64,000 bases of DNA from NCBI GenBank assembly GCA_963785985.1, contig CAWAXD010000024.1, forward strand, positions 263,052 through 327,051. The letters run 5' to 3'. The notes under the pieces are model-generated. The model saw only the letters and a list, made by a program, of their open reading frames with translations, was not told the DNA's origin and ran no database searches. This stretch comes from an uncultured delta proteobacterium. Lineage in GTDB: Bacteria > Myxococcota_A > UBA9160 > SMWR01. Shown here piece after piece: positions 62,814 through 64,000 of the stretch. Position 1 is the stretch's first letter; the number at the start of each line of letters is the position of its first letter. The position numbers and the translations under genes are program-made.

Positions 62814-64000
<1,187 letters not shown>

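Overview
High-GC (about 70%) bacterial chromosome segment, almost entirely core housekeeping genes. Gene content (an MXAN_5187-like protein, b/b' ATP synthase, GTTCCACGTGGAAC-type parS) suggests a Myxococcota/deltaproteobacterium-like lineage; this is inference. Left to right: an acyl-CoA carboxylase set (BCCP, biotin carboxylase, carboxyltransferase), malic enzyme, acyl-CoA dehydrogenase, IclR regulator, lspA, PBP1A, DAHP synthase, argH-(small lipoprotein)-dapF-dapA-dapB, a nitrogen module (porin, glnB, glnA) with two sigma54-type promoters, a DUF2064/YgfZ/nucleotidyltransferase operon, tRNA-Ala(CGC), USP, a diiron protein, a PfkB-SIS fusion with a DHDPS-family aldolase and a REC-XRE regulator, a polytopic-membrane/TolB-propeller fusion, eno, a FecCD/BtuF-type ABC importer, comEA, polyprenyl synthase, radA, bioBFD, nagA and the atp operon (b', b, delta, alpha, gamma, beta, epsilon). 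The right end is the classical origin-proximal block: bactofilin-parB-parA, parS sites, rsmG, jag, yidC, yidD, rnpA and rpmH, diverging from dnaN, gyrB, gyrA and hemL. I found no mobile element, CRISPR array, defence system or obvious novel multi-gene system. The points worth a second look are: (1) the rpmH|dnaN strand-switch junction lacks dnaA and recF and carries a strongly nested inverted-repeat element plus an orphan intrinsic terminator; (2) a 30-bp perfect palindrome made of two parS sites, plus a third parS; (3) a 48-bp tandem array and a dispersed GC-rich intergenic repeat family; (4) about 17 frameshifts confined to four blocks of highly conserved genes (acc, argH, glnBA, atpGAH), most likely assembly or polishing artefacts; (5) several unusual domain fusions and gene couplings. 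Most long ORFs in the six-frame track are GC-rich shadow or read-through ORFs and were not called.
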